This document shows, one piece after another, positions 61,834 to 64,000 of a stretch of DNA of 64,000 nt. Numbering within the stretch: position 1 is the first letter of the stretch; each line of letters starts with the position of its first letter. The notes beneath the pieces were generated by a model, which ran no database searches, was not told the origin of the DNA, and saw only the letters and a list, made by a program, of their open reading frames with translations. The DNA is from an uncultured Candidatus Micrarchaeota archaeon (GTDB lineage: Archaea > Micrarchaeota > Micrarchaeia > Burarchaeales > Fermentimicrarchaeaceae). A program made the translations under genes and the position numbers. Location: assembly GCA_963760615.1 (NCBI GenBank), contig CAVXDX010000003.1:109915-173914 (forward strand). Direction: 5' to 3'.

Positions 61834-63708
61834 ATGGGCAGGCTTGAGTTTATAGTGGTACTTGCATTCATAGCCTTCATCTTCTCAACTACTGTGAAGG
61901 AATCGGCTGAGGTAACCGATTTAAGGATGCGGGCGTGGCAGCTGAACTGCGGCGAGCCCATCTGCGTGATATCAAAAGCCCAGATGGGAGTGTGGGCTGA
62001 CAGCGGGCTTCTCGCTAAGACAAAGGGAGAGGTTATGAACGGCAGCGTGAGGCAGGCCCTTGCGTTCCTGCTTGTCCAGGATGATGCAGAGATGCGAAAA
62101 AAATTCAGTGACCAGCTGGACTACCAGATATCACAGGTGCGGCTCGGCACAACTTCTTCAGATGATTTGATTCTCATAGCAAATGAGCTTAAATTCCGGG
62201 CAGACCACAACAAGGATGAGAAATCGCAGAACGAATTCAACGAAATACAGAGTTGGCTTGTTGAGAACGGCACAAAGGACTTTCTCTACGCATACTCCAT
62301 ACAGATGATTGAGCCGGGGAGCGAAAATATAAACAGGACGAATCTCTCCAATTCCGATTCGCTGATGCTCCTCATATTCGAGCAGCCCATGAACTCGGAG
62401 CTATTAGGGCCGAGCTCTGCGCAGATGCTTTTTGCCGGAAGAATTCTCTGGGAGATGAAGGGGAATATCACTGAAGAAAAACTTGCAGAAGATATCTGTT
62501 CGCTTTCCTACTACTACTCAATTATCTATCCGGCAATCATAATAAAGGGCTCCATGCTGAGCGTCATGGTGATATATGCGCTGCCCCTTGCCATCATCTC
62601 CTGGATGTCGGTGCTATCCTACTTCACCTCTCGCGGCACAGGGAAAAGTGCGACCTTCAACAAGGAGTACTCCAAGAATGTCATACTGACTGCCCTGCTT
62701 GCCGTAATAATGTTCCTGCTGATGATTCAGCTCTCACTGCTCTTCCAGCTGTTCCCCGCAGTCGTATACATAATCTTCGTCCTTCCCATTCTCATGCTAA
62801 CGTTTTTCTACATATGGTCGTCTACAAACCTCCTCAAGGATTATGGTCTGGTTAAGGTGGACCGGGGGAAGTTCCTCATCACAAGATACAAGGAGTCCGC
62901 AATCATAGCAACTGCCGGAGCGCTGATAACACTGATATCAATATTCACCATAATCAACATACAGAAGATATTCGCATACATGAATTTTGGAGTTGTATCC
63001 GCCCTAGCCGTGCTTCTCCTGCTCGTGTTTTTCTCAGTCTTCTCTGTCATCTTGTTCCCCAGGTTCATCGAACTCACAAGCCAAAGCTGCGAGATTGAGA
63101 GCACCAGGATGCAGGGCAGGCTCAAAGCGCTTGCTGAAAAGTTCGGCTGCAATGTTAGCAGCATAAAGGTGATAACCGCAGCAGGCTCCAACCTGGCAAA
63201 TGCGTTCCAGTCCGGCCTGATTGGCAAGAATGTCAAGCTCTTCATATTCGAAACGATGCTTGACAGAAGGAAATTCAAGCAGAGGGAGCTTGAGGCGATA
63301 GTTGCGCACGAGTTGGCACACGTCAACAAAAAACACGTCCTGAAGACAGTTTTTGGGTACCTGGTGATAGCGTGTGGGGTTATAGCCCTCTTCGTGGTCA
63401 TTGGCTTGCTGCTTGAAGCAGCGAATCTCACTGGGATGAGCGATGTCATGGCAGGCTCGTCACCCTACATCGCGCTTGCAGTAGCATTCCTTGCAACGAT
63501 GTGGATGATGAGAAGATTCGAGTTTGAGGCTGATTCCGCTGCAGCGGAAATGGGTTACCGGGATGATCTCATATCCGCTCTAAAAAAAATAGGCAGGCAC
63601 AACCTAACCCCAAACACCCTCTCGAGGCTTGTGACGCTGTTCTCGAGCCATGCAGACCTGGATAGCAGAATAAAGAACCTCAAAAAATATTCTGAGAAAG
63701 CCGGCTAG
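61834..63708 (+). CDS. M48 (HtpX/Ste24-like) zinc protease with large N-terminal extension
   Basis: ANAFQSG, AIVAHELAHV (HExxH), RRFEFEAD, SHADLDSRI; ATG 61834 preferred. Confidence 0.85.
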   Translation: MGRLEFIVVLAFIAFIFSTTVKESAEVTDLRMRAWQLNCGEPICVISKAQMGVWADSGLLAKTKGEVMNGSVRQALAFLLVQDDAEMRKKFSDQLDYQISQVRLGTTSSDDLILIANELKFRADHNKDEKSQNEFNEIQSWLVENGTKDFLYAYSIQMIEPGSENINRTNLSNSDSLMLLIFEQPMNSELLGPSSAQMLFAGRILWEMKGNITEEKLAEDICSLSYYYSIIYPAIIIKGSMLSVMVIYALPLAIISWMSVLSYFTSRGTGKSATFNKEYSKNVILTALLAVIMFLLMIQLSLLFQLFPAVVYIIFVLPILMLTFFYIWSSTNLLKDYGLVKVDRGKFLITRYKESAIIATAGALITLISIFTIINIQKIFAYMNFGVVSALAVLLLLVFFSVFSVILFPRFIELTSQSCEIESTRMQGRLKALAEKFGCNVSSIKVITAAGSNLANAFQSGLIGKNVKLFIFETMLDRRKFKQRELEAIVAHELAHVNKKHVLKTVFGYLVIACGVIALFVVIGLLLEAANLTGMSDVMAGSSPYIALAVAFLATMWMMRRFEFEADSAAAEMGYRDDLISALKKIGRHNLTPNTLSRLVTLFSSHADLDSRIKNLKKYSEKAG

Positions 63709-64000
63709 ACAACTAGGATTGAGTAAAGCACGTAGAGCATGACAAGGATAACCACAAATACCGCCAGGTAGACCAGCATGTCCTGAGATACGAAGCCCAG
63801 TTCACCAATTATGTTAAAGGAGGCGTATATCCTCGTGTTGGGCTGGTACGGCAACTGAGACATATCCACCTGCTGGAACTCTGGTGTGCCGCCAAGATTC
63901 AGGGTTTCACCCAGCTTTATATCAATCATCTCAATTGCGGTTTTAACTGCGGAGTTCTTCGCGAGCAGAGCCACTTCCTTATCGCTGAATTTCACAGGGA
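63705..64000 (-). CDS. Protein with C-terminal TM anchor (5' end outside window)
   Basis: Frame open to window end; C-terminal hydrophobic helix. Confidence 0.6.
   Translation of the reverse strand, partial: PVKFSDKEVALLAKNSAVKTAIEMIDIKLGETLNLGGTPEFQQVDMSQLPYQPNTRIYASFNIIGELGFVSQDMLVYLAVFVVILVMLYVLYSILVV

Noticed and set aside
1-64000. CRISPR array, cas genes, rRNA, SRP or RNase P RNA
   Set aside because: No regularly spaced repeats or signature motifs found by eye; the IS hairpin copies are kilobases apart

Overview
Gene-dense archaeal chromosomal window: Cdc6/Orc1, RpoE1/Spt4, Alba, aIF5A, archaeal ribosomal proteins, archaeal-type MAT, GGTGA-type RBSs. The many class III signal-peptide pilin-like genes, SepF, short eS26 and compact packing suggest a DPANN lineage, probably Micrarchaeota-like (inference, no phylogeny run). 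Housekeeping and metabolic genes (KEOPS kae1/bud32, tyrS, nadE, purH/purM/purB, thiDN/thiL, glmU/glmM, ndk, mat) alternate with accessory surface loci. These are two pilin-like trios (one with a nested vWA domain), a Cys-rich pilin, a 1840-aa membrane-anchored gingipain(C25)/FG-GAP/dockerin protein and a VirB2/TrbC-like pilin. Two tRNAs are present (Ala-GGC with a 14-nt intron; Val-GAC). There is one solo-tnpB IS200/IS605 (IS1341-like) element plus three orphan copies of its terminal hairpin. The standout candidate for an undescribed system is 52242-56384: a TadA/VirB11-family secretion ATPase fused at its N-terminus to a 16-Cys four-cluster [4Fe-4S] ferredoxin domain and split near its C-terminus by a +1 frameshift at CCC-C. 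It sits beside a TadC-like platform gene, a 35-aa Cys-rich micro-ORF, an arrestin-fold gene and a VirB2-like pilin. Several real small genes are missing or mis-started in the ORF track (eL41, eS31, eL24, Sec61beta). All calls come from motif recognition by eye; no database searches were run.
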